A DNA stretch of 55,973 nt from Promethearchaeia archaeon (GCA_046483985.1 JAWOCD010000033.1:1-55973), one strand, 5' to 3'; positions 28,532-39,008 are shown, counted from the first letter of the stretch. The notes: a model not told the origin generated them from the letters alone. Translations and numbers: made by a program.

Positions 28532-28957
28532 TTAATCTTCTAATTCTTCTAACACGTACATGCCTTCTGCTTTTAGGACTTTCTTGGCTTTTTCATTGTC
28601 ATCCAGATGGATAATTAGCATAGGAGATGCCTTAATAAAGGTGGTATACAGAAAATCAATATTCACCTTATTTGAGCCCAAAATTTCGGCCACTTTTTCT
28701 ATCTCTTGCGAACTTGTAGGATTATCGGGGAGGGGAATTGCCACTACTTTTTTCTTTGAAAATTCATAATCCTTTTCTTGTAAGATTTTAATGCATGCAT
28801 TAGGTTTATCAACAATAAATAAAACCAGACCAGGAACTTGTGAAACGGTGATTGATTTAATATTTATCTCGTTTTCATGTAATAAGTTAGTAAACTTAGT
28901 CAATTCCCCTGGTTCATCGGTCATATTCACGGAAATTTGTATAAACACTTTTATCAC
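28532..28957 (-). CDS. Tandem ACT-domain protein
   Basis: QISVNMTDEPGEL...VNIDFLYT; third paralogue. Confidence 0.85.
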   Translation of the reverse strand: MIKVFIQISVNMTDEPGELTKFTNLLHENEINIKSITVSQVPGLVLFIVDKPNACIKILQEKDYEFSKKKVVAIPLPDNPTSSQEIEKVAEILGSNKVNIDFLYTTFIKASPMLIIHLDDNEKAKKVLKAEGMYVLEELED

Positions 28958-29211
28958 TTATTTGACTATTTCTTATTTAATTAATAAAGAATCATTAGTA
29001 TTATTTTTAACTAAAATTACTTTAAGGGAAACATCTTAAAAAAGTACCTATTTTGTTCTTGACATTCTACTTATCGTGGAAAGATAAATACAATTTTATT
29101 CAACTTGGTGATTGGGGAGATTGGAACTTTACTTTTCTATTCAATAGCCGAAATAAAGAAATAGAATAAAACATAACTATTAATAGAGAAATATAAAAAA
29201 TTTGAACGTTA

Positions 29212-29967
29212 ATGATTGAATGGGACAAGCGCTTTGAGAGACAGTTACGATGGACAAAACAACTTCGAAATTACCTATTTAAGAAGATAAATTGGCATAA
29301 AATGGAGAATTTACTGGATCTAGGATGTGGCACGGGGTTACTCTTGAATGAAATAGGACAGAAATATTCAATTAATTTATACGGTATTGATATAAGTGAA
29401 GAGCGATTAAAAGTAGCAAAAAACCGATTAGAGGAAAGCAATGTTAACGCTAGATTAATATACATGGATTTTCTGAAGAACCAATTTGAAGACAATAAAT
29501 TTGATATTGTGGTGACCAATTGTTTTTTTTTATGGGTGAAAAATCTTCGCAAAGCGTTTAGCGAAATTGATCGAATTCTGAAGGAGGACGGCATCCTTTT
29601 AATTCTAGCAGAACCAGACTACGGCGGATTAATTGAATGTCCTGAAACAAATTTGAAGAATGCGCTCTATTCCAATCTTAAAAAAGAGGGAGCAGACCCC
29701 GAAGTTGGAAGGAAGTTAAACCAATATTTCGATTCTCGGTTCAAAGTACTTGAACACTTTTGCACTTCTATTCCATGGATTGGTAATGTGAATAAGGAGG
29801 ATTTAAACAAGGAATTAGAATTTTTTAAACATATATTAGCGGAAGAGGACTTCCACGAGAGAAAAATGAAATTAAGTATTGAAACAGGAAAGTATTTCAT
29901 TTTTGTCCCTATATTTTCCTACTATTTACGGAAATCAAAAACTTGTAGAAGAAATGAAGAATATTAA
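29212..29967 (+). CDS. Class I SAM-dependent methyltransferase
   Basis: LLDLGCGTG, GIDIS, FDIV, RILKEDG. Confidence 0.9.
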   Translation: MIEWDKRFERQLRWTKQLRNYLFKKINWHKMENLLDLGCGTGLLLNEIGQKYSINLYGIDISEERLKVAKNRLEESNVNARLIYMDFLKNQFEDNKFDIVVTNCFFLWVKNLRKAFSEIDRILKEDGILLILAEPDYGGLIECPETNLKNALYSNLKKEGADPEVGRKLNQYFDSRFKVLEHFCTSIPWIGNVNKEDLNKELEFFKHILAEEDFHERKMKLSIETGKYFIFVPIFSYYLRKSKTCRRNEEY

Positions 29968-30715
29968 AACATTTTATGAGCAGCATCTGAATTTTGCAGG
30001 AAGAACTATGATAGAATATTTTATTTCACCGGGGATAAAATGCAAATTTGATATGATTAAAAACGTACTTGACAAAAAACGATTCCACAATGCTTTGGAT
30101 TTAGGCTGTTCCGGTAACTCAATTCTACATTTCTTAGACCATATCCATAGAAAGTTTTTTTATGATATTGCAGCTCGTCCTCTGCTTCAATATACAGCAT
30201 TAGATGAAGGAGAATCGATCTGTGGAGATTTAACCCGCTTACCCTTTCGAGATAATTTCTTTGATTTCATAACAGCCTTAGATGTTTTGGAGCATATTAA
30301 ACAAGATAAGCGAGCGGTGTCTGAGATCAGTCGAACCATCCAAGAGAACGGGATAGTCGTAATCACGGTGCCCCACTTGAAAAAGTATTATACCGCACAA
30401 GATAGACTTATCGGTCACTACCGTAGATATGGAATTCCCGAATTAACTGAGCTTTTTTCTTCAAAAGGATTTGAAATTGTGTCTATATTCGGAGTCTATG
30501 GTCAACTAATGAAATTTGCTGACTTGCAAGTAACTAAACCACAAAAAATAGAAGAGAGTATTGAAAATCTTCGCAGAAAGTATATAAATAGCTCGCTTTT
30601 TCGGAGACTCTGGGATATTATCGTTCAAATTGGGGCATGGTTTATGAGATATGATGCTTTGCATCAGCCTGTTGATAAAATAATGAACGTAGCGTTAATT
30701 TTTAGGAAAAAATAG
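29954..30715 (+). CDS. Class I SAM-dependent methyltransferase
   Basis: LDLGCSG, LPFRDNFFD, DVLEHI, ITVP, GHYRRY; ATG at 29954 overlapping the upstream gene end preferred. Confidence 0.88.
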   Translation: MKNIKTFYEQHLNFAGRTMIEYFISPGIKCKFDMIKNVLDKKRFHNALDLGCSGNSILHFLDHIHRKFFYDIAARPLLQYTALDEGESICGDLTRLPFRDNFFDFITALDVLEHIKQDKRAVSEISRTIQENGIVVITVPHLKKYYTAQDRLIGHYRRYGIPELTELFSSKGFEIVSIFGVYGQLMKFADLQVTKPQKIEESIENLRRKYINSSLFRRLWDIIVQIGAWFMRYDALHQPVDKIMNVALIFRKK

Positions 30716-30856
30716 GAAAGTGGGAATTTTACTTCTTGATCTTATTAAAGAGGTATGTGTATTTTTCAAAATATTTTTCTTCATCCGTATCTTCTTTTTT
30801 TCAAGAGGTTCTATAGATTATCTTTTACCTTTAATGAAAAAAAGTTATAAAAAGAA

Positions 30857-30900
30857 ATTCATCACCACCCTAAAGGACAGTGCTTTCGAGCACTCTAATG
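30857..30900 (-). mobile_element. Orphan IS200/IS605-type left end (same family as element C)
   Basis: Minus: TTTC|CATTAGAGTGCTCG-AAAG-CACTGTCC-ttta-GGGTGGTG-ATGAATT; aligns with the element C left end CACTAGAGTGTGAG-AATG-hairpin-ATGATT. Confidence 0.65.
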
Positions 30901-30964
30901 GAAAAAAACAAAACTTTTATTATTTCATTTTCTTGCTTAATTAACTCTATAACATATAATAAAA

Positions 30965-32353
30965 ATGACTGCAGAAAATTCGTCTAATAAGACTGATAAT
31001 ATATCAGCACCTCGAATTTCGGAGGCACCTTTAAAACCTAAAGAGTTTTTAAAATACTTAGGCCCTGCTTTTGTTTTTACAGCAGCACAGATAGGAGGAG
31101 GAGAGTTAATCAGTGTTCCTCTGCTAGGTGCTTATATGGGAATGAAATCTCTTTTTCTAGCTCCTCTCATTGCGCTTATAAAAATTTTTGGACAATACTA
31201 TTTGGTTCAATACGGAGTGGTGAGGGGAAAAACATTCCTTCAAACTTGCTGGGATAAAAAGTGGTTGAGATGGATGTTTTTCATTTTGATGTTGGGGTGT
31301 ATCCTTCATTCAATGATGATGGCTGGACTTCTTGGTGAGACGGCGGGGACAATCAATTTTTTATTTCCTCAAATCCCTATAGATGTCTGGATTTGGATTG
31401 TAATGATTATAGGGTTCTTATTAATAGTGACACGGAATTATAATTTGCTTGAAAAAACGGCAAGCGTTTTGCTGTGGATCTTTCTCTCGTTAATTGTAAT
31501 TGTTGCTGCATTATTCTGGCCTACATGGAGCCAATGGATTTTCGGTTTTACACCCCAACTTCCAGAAGGTATCGGAGGGCTCGAAACTACAACAGGGCTT
31601 GCCACGATGTCCGTGCTTTTTGTAGTGCTTGGAGCCGGATTCGGACCGACAGTCTCCTATATTTGGTATGCAAAAGATAAAAAGATGGGCATGTTTGAGG
31701 TTGAAGCAAAAGAAATTGACATCGAACCGCAAGATCTAACAACAGAAGAGAAAAAACGCCTCCAAGGATGGAGAAAGGTCGTTTTATATCAGAATCTTAT
31801 ATCTGCAACGATTCTTGCGATATTTTCGATTCTAATCTGGGTTGCCGCAGCTCAAACCCTATTTGTCGAAGGCTATCGACCTCAAGGATGGGATCTCATC
31901 CCGCAGATGGTCTCAATCTTTACTTCAACCTACGGAAATTGGAGCGGGAATCTATTTATAATTGCTGGAATCTTGGCCTTGTTTAGCTCGGTTATTGGGC
32001 CCCTTTATGGGTTCTCAAGATTATATGAGGAAAGTTTCGAACGTTTCGGAATATATCGTAGATTTAGGATTAAATCTGAAACTATATATCGAATATTTCT
32101 TGTCTTTTTCTCTTCACTTCCCCTAATTTTTATTTTCCTTATCTCCGAGGAACCCATGTGGTTATTCTCTATGGCTAGTCTCCTAACGGGACCCGTACTT
32201 GGCTTAGTCTACATTCTACCAATAATTGTAACGTATCTTGTCATGAAAGATACCGCCCCAGAACTTACCCCTAAACGGTATTGGGCAGTTGCTCTGGCTT
32301 TACTCAGCGGATTCTTGATGATTATACTCTCACTGCTGAATTTCTTTGTGTAA
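30965..32353 (+). CDS. Nramp/MntH-like (APC superfamily) transporter
   Basis: LGPAFVFTAAQIGGGEL N-terminal motif; about 11 TM helices. Confidence 0.75.
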   Translation: MTAENSSNKTDNISAPRISEAPLKPKEFLKYLGPAFVFTAAQIGGGELISVPLLGAYMGMKSLFLAPLIALIKIFGQYYLVQYGVVRGKTFLQTCWDKKWLRWMFFILMLGCILHSMMMAGLLGETAGTINFLFPQIPIDVWIWIVMIIGFLLIVTRNYNLLEKTASVLLWIFLSLIVIVAALFWPTWSQWIFGFTPQLPEGIGGLETTTGLATMSVLFVVLGAGFGPTVSYIWYAKDKKMGMFEVEAKEIDIEPQDLTTEEKKRLQGWRKVVLYQNLISATILAIFSILIWVAAAQTLFVEGYRPQGWDLIPQMVSIFTSTYGNWSGNLFIIAGILALFSSVIGPLYGFSRLYEESFERFGIYRRFRIKSETIYRIFLVFFSSLPLIFIFLISEEPMWLFSMASLLTGPVLGLVYILPIIVTYLVMKDTAPELTPKRYWAVALALLSGFLMIILSLLNFFV

Positions 32354-32422
32354 TAGAATAAAAAATTATATAAATAGGAAAAATAATCATAAAATTTGTG
32401 AAAAGAATTAGGGAGTGAAAAA

Positions 32423-33235
32423 ATGTCCAAAAGGATTGATTTATTACGCTTGGATTACGCGTTTAGTGTCTTGATTCCGATCGTGCTCGCCATTTTTCTT
32501 AATGACTTGAATCTTTTCAATTATTTGGATATCCTCATCGGTTTTCTTTTTCTGGCAATCACCGGAAATGTATGGAACGACGTAATTGATATGCGGGATC
32601 CGGAGGAGAAGGATACCCTTAAACGGGTGGAGGGATACCATCCAAAAGAGATTTTCACGATTGGAATGTGCTCTCTTCTACTCGGCATAGCACTTCTATT
32701 AAGGACATGTATCCAGAATCCGATAAATGGGATATTATTAATATTAATTATCGGTATGGTTCTTTTGTATTGTGTATGGCTAAAACTCGTGCCGATATTA
32801 AATCATATTCTCTTAGGAATCTCTCATATTGTTTTACCTTATTTTATGATAAAGATTGAAGCCGATCTGGCACTTTTGTCCAGCGAAATTGAACTGCCTC
32901 TCGTTTTAGCGTTTCTTTTCTTTGGGTTAACCGGACAGTTCGTTCATGAAATAATTGACAGAGATGCCTTGCGAAAGCATTTAAGTTTGAAAGGATGTCA
33001 ATTTGTTGTATGGTTTTTTTCCATTTTAACCATTATTTGCGGTATTTGGGCTTTTATCATCATCCCCAATTATTTTTTTATTCCTTTTTTATTCTTGCCT
33101 CTTGGAACAATATACACCTTCCGTAAACCAACAAAATCGACTAAAGGAGTGAAAGATGTGGGGATATTAATAGGTAACTTTTTGTTATTATTTTTCCTCA
33201 CTCTAGTTTCTTTGCGAATGACCGGTATAATTTAA
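32423..33235 (+). CDS. UbiA-family prenyltransferase
   Basis: GNVWNDVIDMRD (NDxxD), second acidic motif HEIID, multiple TMs. Confidence 0.75.
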   Translation: MSKRIDLLRLDYAFSVLIPIVLAIFLNDLNLFNYLDILIGFLFLAITGNVWNDVIDMRDPEEKDTLKRVEGYHPKEIFTIGMCSLLLGIALLLRTCIQNPINGILLILIIGMVLLYCVWLKLVPILNHILLGISHIVLPYFMIKIEADLALLSSEIELPLVLAFLFFGLTGQFVHEIIDRDALRKHLSLKGCQFVVWFFSILTIICGIWAFIIIPNYFFIPFLFLPLGTIYTFRKPTKSTKGVKDVGILIGNFLLLFFLTLVSLRMTGII

Positions 33236-33358
33236 ATCTCCATATTTATTTTCTTTTTTATTTAAAAATAAAATCTTATATTTTTATCTGTATAATAGTT
33301 TATTAAAACATATAATATCCTCCATAACTATAGAACTAAATTTAGGAAGGTTAGGAAA

Positions 33359-34174
33359 ATTTCAAAAGGTTTAAAACTGCTTCGAGTCGAATACCTGTTC
33401 TCAGTTATTTTTCCATGTCTTTTGGCAATTTTTATAAACGAGTACAATATTGCAAATCATATCTGGATACTTGCGGGCTTTGGCTTTTATGCAATTACCG
33501 GTAATACTTTAAATGATATAATAGATATGCAAGATCCGAGCGAAAAGGAAACTCTTGAGCGAACAGAAGGATATTCACGACGAGAAATCGCTATGCTAGC
33601 AATTCTTTCGTTTTTGCTGGGTACGGCAAGTTTTATGAATCCGATTAGAAAGACACCAATTCTCATTGTCTATCTTGCATTGACCGTAATTTTGGTGGTC
33701 ATATATTGCAAATTTAAGTCCCTTGTCTTTATTAATCATGTCCTATTGGGGATCTCCCATCTTTTTCTTCCTTGGTTTATGATTAAAATAAATGCGGGAG
33801 ATATCGTGCTCGGATTTTTTCCTGAAATGACAACAGTTGGATGGCTGATCTTAGCGTGTACTGCATCTTTTGCATTTACAGGAGAAATGGTCCACGAGTT
33901 AATCGACGGAGATTCCATAAGTCGATATTCAGAGAAAACTTGTCAAGAGATCGTCTGGATATCAGCGTTAATTTCCCTTATTATTGGCATCATCGCCTTA
34001 GTTATGACTCAATATTATTTTTTCTTACCATTCATAGCGTTTCCGGTTGGAATTATGTTTCTTTTTCGGAGACCACGGAACCTACTGGGCAGAACTTCTC
34101 TAAAAGATGTGGGCATCATAATGGGGAACATGATTACCGCTTATTTGATAATATTAATGATTGCGAATTTTTAA
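33359..34174 (+). CDS. UbiA-family prenyltransferase (paralogue; probable ATT start)
   Basis: GNTLNDIIDMQD, HELID; homology with the upstream paralogue extends to ATT at 33359 (ISKGLKLLRVEY vs MSKRIDLLRLDY). Confidence 0.75.
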   Translation: MSKGLKLLRVEYLFSVIFPCLLAIFINEYNIANHIWILAGFGFYAITGNTLNDIIDMQDPSEKETLERTEGYSRREIAMLAILSFLLGTASFMNPIRKTPILIVYLALTVILVVIYCKFKSLVFINHVLLGISHLFLPWFMIKINAGDIVLGFFPEMTTVGWLILACTASFAFTGEMVHELIDGDSISRYSEKTCQEIVWISALISLIIGIIALVMTQYYFFLPFIAFPVGIMFLFRRPRNLLGRTSLKDVGIIMGNMITAYLIILMIANF

Positions 34175-34250
34175 TCAATAATATTAAACTTTTATATCTA
34201 AAAGACGAATTTAACTATAGATAACATTGGTTCTTTTTTGATTTAGAAGG

Positions 34251-35522
34251 ATGGTAAAAATTAAACCTGTTAATAAAGATTTTTTCGGAAAATTTGACGA
34301 AAACGCATGCACCCTCTGCGGAGAATGCTTCACCAATTGCCCCGTCATCGATCTATCCCTAGAAGAAAGTAAAAAGGAAATGGAGCGTTTGGTAAAAGGT
34401 AGAAATACCAAACATCTACTATCAGAGTGTCAGAGTTGTTTTACATGTAATTTTTACTGTCCAGAAAACGCAAAACCTACGAGTTTAATTTTACAGAGGT
34501 GGCATGAGCAATACAAAGAAGAAGGGCTTAAAAAAAAGGCAGAATATTATATGACCCTTCATCCTCATTATCCAAATTTCAGGTCCTATGTGATGGAAAG
34601 GCTTCCTCAGCAAACGAAAAAACTTGTTAAATCATGGGCATCTTTAAAGCCAATAGAGGGGGACACGCTCACTTTTCCTGGGTGTAATATCATAACATAT
34701 GCTGAATTAACACAGACAAGCCTTTTTCAGGATTTAGAAATTAGAGGAAGGTTAGAATATTGCTGTGGAGAAACCCTTTTCCGGACTGGTTATAAAGATA
34801 AATTACAGCAAATAACCAAACGATTGGATAAGTGGCTTAATACCCTAAAACCTCAAAATTTAATTGTCTTATGCACCGCTGGCACAAACGTGTTTCAAAA
34901 TGTGTTACCACAGTATGGCTTAACTTACCAATTCGATTCCGTTAAATCTTACATCCAATACATTTGGGAACAATTAGAAAGCGGCAAAATTAAGATTCAA
35001 AAAGAGCTTGATATCACGGTCACCATCCAAGAGTCTTGCTATGCAAAAATGTTTGGAGAGAGGTATATGGATTTACCGCGAAAAATCCTTAATAAAATTG
35101 GAGTATCTGTTGTTGAAATCGAAAAATGCAGAGAAAATATGCGCTGCTGTGGGATTGCCGGAGGGTTTTCGGTAAATTCCTCCTATAGCCCTACGAAGAT
35201 AATGAAAAGTGTATTTACAAATATGAAAAGCTTCAAAAAAACAAAAGCGGATGCTATCTGTGTATATTGTGCAGGATGTTTAGCCACACTATTAACTCCA
35301 AGACTCCTCTATCCTAAAAAATACATGAAAGTCTACCATATCATAGAATTATTGCAAATGGCCATTGGCGAAGAACCTATATCAGCTAAAACGAAACAAC
35401 AGAGAGCAAAGCATTTCTTCTGGGGAATTCTCAAACATCAACTTCCTAAAACTCTATCTAGAAAAGAATTTAGAATTGAAGATATACCTGAAGATCCTCC
35501 TCCGTACGGAGAGGCTTGGTAA
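34251..35522 (+). CDS. HdrD/GlpC-like Fe-S oxidoreductase (2x[4Fe-4S] + two CCG domains)
   Basis: CTLCGECFTNCP, CQSCFTCNFYCP, YCCGE, RCCGIAGG, YCAGC. Confidence 0.85.
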   Translation: MVKIKPVNKDFFGKFDENACTLCGECFTNCPVIDLSLEESKKEMERLVKGRNTKHLLSECQSCFTCNFYCPENAKPTSLILQRWHEQYKEEGLKKKAEYYMTLHPHYPNFRSYVMERLPQQTKKLVKSWASLKPIEGDTLTFPGCNIITYAELTQTSLFQDLEIRGRLEYCCGETLFRTGYKDKLQQITKRLDKWLNTLKPQNLIVLCTAGTNVFQNVLPQYGLTYQFDSVKSYIQYIWEQLESGKIKIQKELDITVTIQESCYAKMFGERYMDLPRKILNKIGVSVVEIEKCRENMRCCGIAGGFSVNSSYSPTKIMKSVFTNMKSFKKTKADAICVYCAGCLATLLTPRLLYPKKYMKVYHIIELLQMAIGEEPISAKTKQQRAKHFFWGILKHQLPKTLSRKEFRIEDIPEDPPPYGEAW

Positions 35523-35552
35523 TCTCCACTTTAAGTCTTCAGATAATTCAAA

Positions 35553-36956
35553 ATGAGCGATTTAAAAATGTCAGAGCAAGAAAAACGAACACCCGCCTTT
35601 GAAGAAGATCAATGTACCTTATGTGGGTTATGCCTCCATGAATGTCCCGTTTTAAATCTTCCAATAGAGGTAGCGAAAGAGGAAATCAAGCATTTGATGG
35701 AGGGCAAGGAATCCCAGTACGTCCTATCGAAATGTAATACTTGCCTTTCTTGTAATATTTATTGCCCTGAGGATTGTAATCCCTACCAATTAATTTTGGA
35801 AAGATGGAATAGCAAATATAAGAAACGAGGAGCCCCTCCGCTCTATAAGTTTGTATGCCCTACTAATGAGCCCAATATTTGGCAGCTTTTAAACCATTTT
35901 CTCTCAAATGAAGAAAAAAAATGGATTACAAGGTGGGTAACCTACACACCTAAACCAGAAGATAAAATTTTACTCATCGGAAACTACACGCATCTATTTC
36001 CGTTTATTATCGGAGGAAGTAAATTATTATCAGATTTTAAGGCAATCTCAAGGGTTGATCAGTGGGAAGGGGGCGCATATTTATATCAAGGAGGATATTT
36101 GGATGTCGTGCAGAGAATTGCAGCACGCTGTAAAAGTGATTTTGATAGGTGGGGAGTCAAAAACGTAGCACATACCTTGGATGCAGTCCAATACATCTTT
36201 TCAGAAGTCCATCCAAAAGAGATGGGAGTACATTATACACAAGATTTTATAAATTTCAACGAATGGATGCTTGACGGAATTAAATCTGGTAAGATTAAGA
36301 TGAATAAAAACCTCAATTTAACAGTTACCCTTCACGATAATTGCTTTTCAAAAGCATTGGATGGAGCGTATTGGGAAACCCCTCGGGAAATCTTAAAGGA
36401 ATGTGGATGCCAATTGGTTGAAATGGATCATATTAAAAAAGATTCGCTATGCTGTGGATTTGGGGCAGGAGCATCTTGGGTGAGAAATATCTCCATGCCG
36501 TTTGATATCATCTTTGAGGGAATCAAAAGATTCGAGGAAGCAAAAGCAACAGGTGCCGATACATTAGTTTCATACTGCGGTGGATGTCTCTATTTATTAT
36601 GGGTAACTCGAGAATTAATAGAAAGTAAGATTGATATCATGCACATCATTGAAATAGTGCGATTGGCCAGCGGGGAAATTATAAATTACCCAGACGACCA
36701 TGTGAACAGATCGTGGGATATTATTGCCATAATTACTTATCAGTTGTTATTATCGGTGTTTCAGAGGAGGTTCTATATCGATGAGATTACCTATGACAAG
36801 CATATGAGCACCTTTCTACCCAAAAACCGTCCACTCCTAAAATTCATCAGATTTCTATTCGATTTTAAAGTCCTAAGGAAATTTTATTCCATTCTGTTTC
36901 GTCTCATGATGCCCATATTAACAACAAGAGAAAGATTAAACCCCAAAAATATATAA
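35553..36956 (+). CDS. HdrD/GlpC-like Fe-S oxidoreductase (first CCG domain degenerate)
   Basis: CTLCGLCLHECP, CNTCLSCNIYCP, HDNC, LCCGFGAG, YCGGC. Confidence 0.85.
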   Translation: MSDLKMSEQEKRTPAFEEDQCTLCGLCLHECPVLNLPIEVAKEEIKHLMEGKESQYVLSKCNTCLSCNIYCPEDCNPYQLILERWNSKYKKRGAPPLYKFVCPTNEPNIWQLLNHFLSNEEKKWITRWVTYTPKPEDKILLIGNYTHLFPFIIGGSKLLSDFKAISRVDQWEGGAYLYQGGYLDVVQRIAARCKSDFDRWGVKNVAHTLDAVQYIFSEVHPKEMGVHYTQDFINFNEWMLDGIKSGKIKMNKNLNLTVTLHDNCFSKALDGAYWETPREILKECGCQLVEMDHIKKDSLCCGFGAGASWVRNISMPFDIIFEGIKRFEEAKATGADTLVSYCGGCLYLLWVTRELIESKIDIMHIIEIVRLASGEIINYPDDHVNRSWDIIAIITYQLLLSVFQRRFYIDEITYDKHMSTFLPKNRPLLKFIRFLFDFKVLRKFYSILFRLMMPILTTRERLNPKNI

Positions 36957-36993
36957 GTTTTAATAAAAGAAAAGAAGATTTATATTAGTAGAT

Positions 36994-38205
36994 ATGGAAA
37001 GGAATAAATTCAAATCAGTGTTTACCAAAAAAAATTTCTTATCATTTCTGAAGCGGTTGCTTTTAACAATATTAATTATAAGTCCGATCCTCCTATTTAT
37101 GGGCGGTATTTATCTAAACCAATTGTCCTTACCAGATGAAAAGCAGCCATTCACCTATTTTTCCGGGAAAGACCCCAAAACTCAAGCCATTATTTCATGG
37201 GAAACCTCCCAAAAGTATGAATCTGTCTTGTGGTATGGACCCGAGGAGAACCAAATTGATGAAAAAATTGAGTATGAGGACGAGTCTAGTATTCATAATA
37301 TATTATTGAATAATTTAACCCCTGACACCCGATACTTCTATCAAGTAGGAATGAGAGGAGACGATGCTGAGTATAAAAGTGAAGTATCCACCTTTAAAAC
37401 GGCGCCCAATGAAACTGACAAGAATTTTGACTTTATTGCATACTCAGATTCCCAACAATATTATGGAATTGGATGGCATAGCCGAATAAGTAAAGCCATA
37501 GGGGGATATAATGATCTCAGTTTCGTCACTAATGTGGGAGATCTCTGCCAAAATTACGATTGCAAACCAGATTGGAATCAATTTTTCGCAGAAGCGGATG
37601 CTTTTATGAAAAAGTTTCTTTTTGTTCCATCTTTAGGGAATCATGATGGATTCTACGAAGAGGATAAAGAAAACCATTATTATTTAAAATATTTTGGAGA
37701 TACTCTCGAAGAGGACACGTTTTATTATAGTTTTAATTGGTCCAATACTTTCTTTACAGTTGGAGAAATATCAAAAAGGGGAGATGAAGATCCCAATGAT
37801 TCGAGAAATATCGCCCACGATAGCTGGTTAAACTCAACCTTAGAAAATGCACAAAATAAAAGATTTAGAATTCTAATGTTTCATCGTCAGATGTTTTCTG
37901 CAGAGGATAATAATGAAGTCCTTATAGACAGAATCGTCCCCATAGTAGAGGAATATAATGTGTCCTTAGTGTTATATGGACATCATCACCACTATGAACG
38001 ATTTCTATATAAAGGGACGACTTACCTTTGTTTGGGTGGTGGCGGCGGACAGCAATTTGGTTCAAATGCACTTAACACTGGAGAATATTCTAAAGCATTG
38101 GCAATGGGTCCCAGTTATACGCATATCTCAGTCAGTTCCGATAAATTAGTGTTAACAACCTATTCTGTAGAAAATGACATTATCGACAAGTATACCATCA
38201 AATAA
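36994..38205 (+). CDS. Purple acid phosphatase-like metallophosphoesterase with Fn3-like N-domain
   Basis: LTPDTRYFYQVG, YSDSQ, VGDL, LGNHD, MFH, GHHHHYER; N-terminal TM. Confidence 0.88.
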   Translation: MERNKFKSVFTKKNFLSFLKRLLLTILIISPILLFMGGIYLNQLSLPDEKQPFTYFSGKDPKTQAIISWETSQKYESVLWYGPEENQIDEKIEYEDESSIHNILLNNLTPDTRYFYQVGMRGDDAEYKSEVSTFKTAPNETDKNFDFIAYSDSQQYYGIGWHSRISKAIGGYNDLSFVTNVGDLCQNYDCKPDWNQFFAEADAFMKKFLFVPSLGNHDGFYEEDKENHYYLKYFGDTLEEDTFYYSFNWSNTFFTVGEISKRGDEDPNDSRNIAHDSWLNSTLENAQNKRFRILMFHRQMFSAEDNNEVLIDRIVPIVEEYNVSLVLYGHHHHYERFLYKGTTYLCLGGGGGQQFGSNALNTGEYSKALAMGPSYTHISVSSDKLVLTTYSVENDIIDKYTIK

Positions 38206-38248
38206 AATCAAGAATGGAAAAAAGTTTAAACAAATTTGGTAAAAAGTT

Positions 38249-38935
38249 ATGTTTTGGACACCTAATATAATAACCCTCTTATTTGCATGGATTTTACAAT
38301 CAATAATCCTTGCTGGATTTGTATGGTTCGATAAATATAGGAATCCATCCGAAAAATATACGTGTTGGTTAATCCGAGGGTTAAGAGGTTTTGTTTTTAT
38401 AACATTCACATCTTTCAGTTTTCTATTTATAGATACCAATATTAAGATTCTCGTTTTTGGAATTATTGGCTATGGAAATCTCTGCATTCATCTTGCTTCT
38501 ATCCTATTGACCTTCATTTTAGCAGCACAAATCATCATAGGGGTTATATTGGTTGCACCTAATAGAAAAGGTATTGCTACCTTTTTTGTAGTTTTAGGAA
38601 CGTTTATATTCTTATGGTATATCTATATCCCTTCTACGAGTACAGGATCGCTTTATATCCTTGATTCAAGGTATTCTATTTTGATGAGCTCTCTTTTATT
38701 TGCCATATTAGTGGGCAGCAGTTTAGCGCTTATCTTATCGTGTTGCGAACTTATCTTGAATAAAATTAAAAAAGACAAAGAAATCGAGGATAGGCCCTTT
38801 TATGACGTAACAGAAAAATTCAAATCACTCTTCAATTGGAAGGTTAACTTACTCTTATGGGCACTAATTACAGCAGAATTGCTGCTTAATTTGCAGGGCT
38901 TATCCCTATTATTATGGTTAACTCTCCTATTTTAA
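38249..38935 (+). CDS. Hypothetical membrane protein
   Basis: 228 aa, about 6 hydrophobic segments. Confidence 0.65.
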   Translation: MFWTPNIITLLFAWILQSIILAGFVWFDKYRNPSEKYTCWLIRGLRGFVFITFTSFSFLFIDTNIKILVFGIIGYGNLCIHLASILLTFILAAQIIIGVILVAPNRKGIATFFVVLGTFIFLWYIYIPSTSTGSLYILDSRYSILMSSLLFAILVGSSLALILSCCELILNKIKKDKEIEDRPFYDVTEKFKSLFNWKVNLLLWALITAELLLNLQGLSLLLWLTLLF

Positions 38936-39008
38936 GAGAATACCTAAATTCTGGAATTTTATTCCTTAAGGATCCGTGGAGAAGGTTTAAAATATGATCA
39001 GAAAATCA

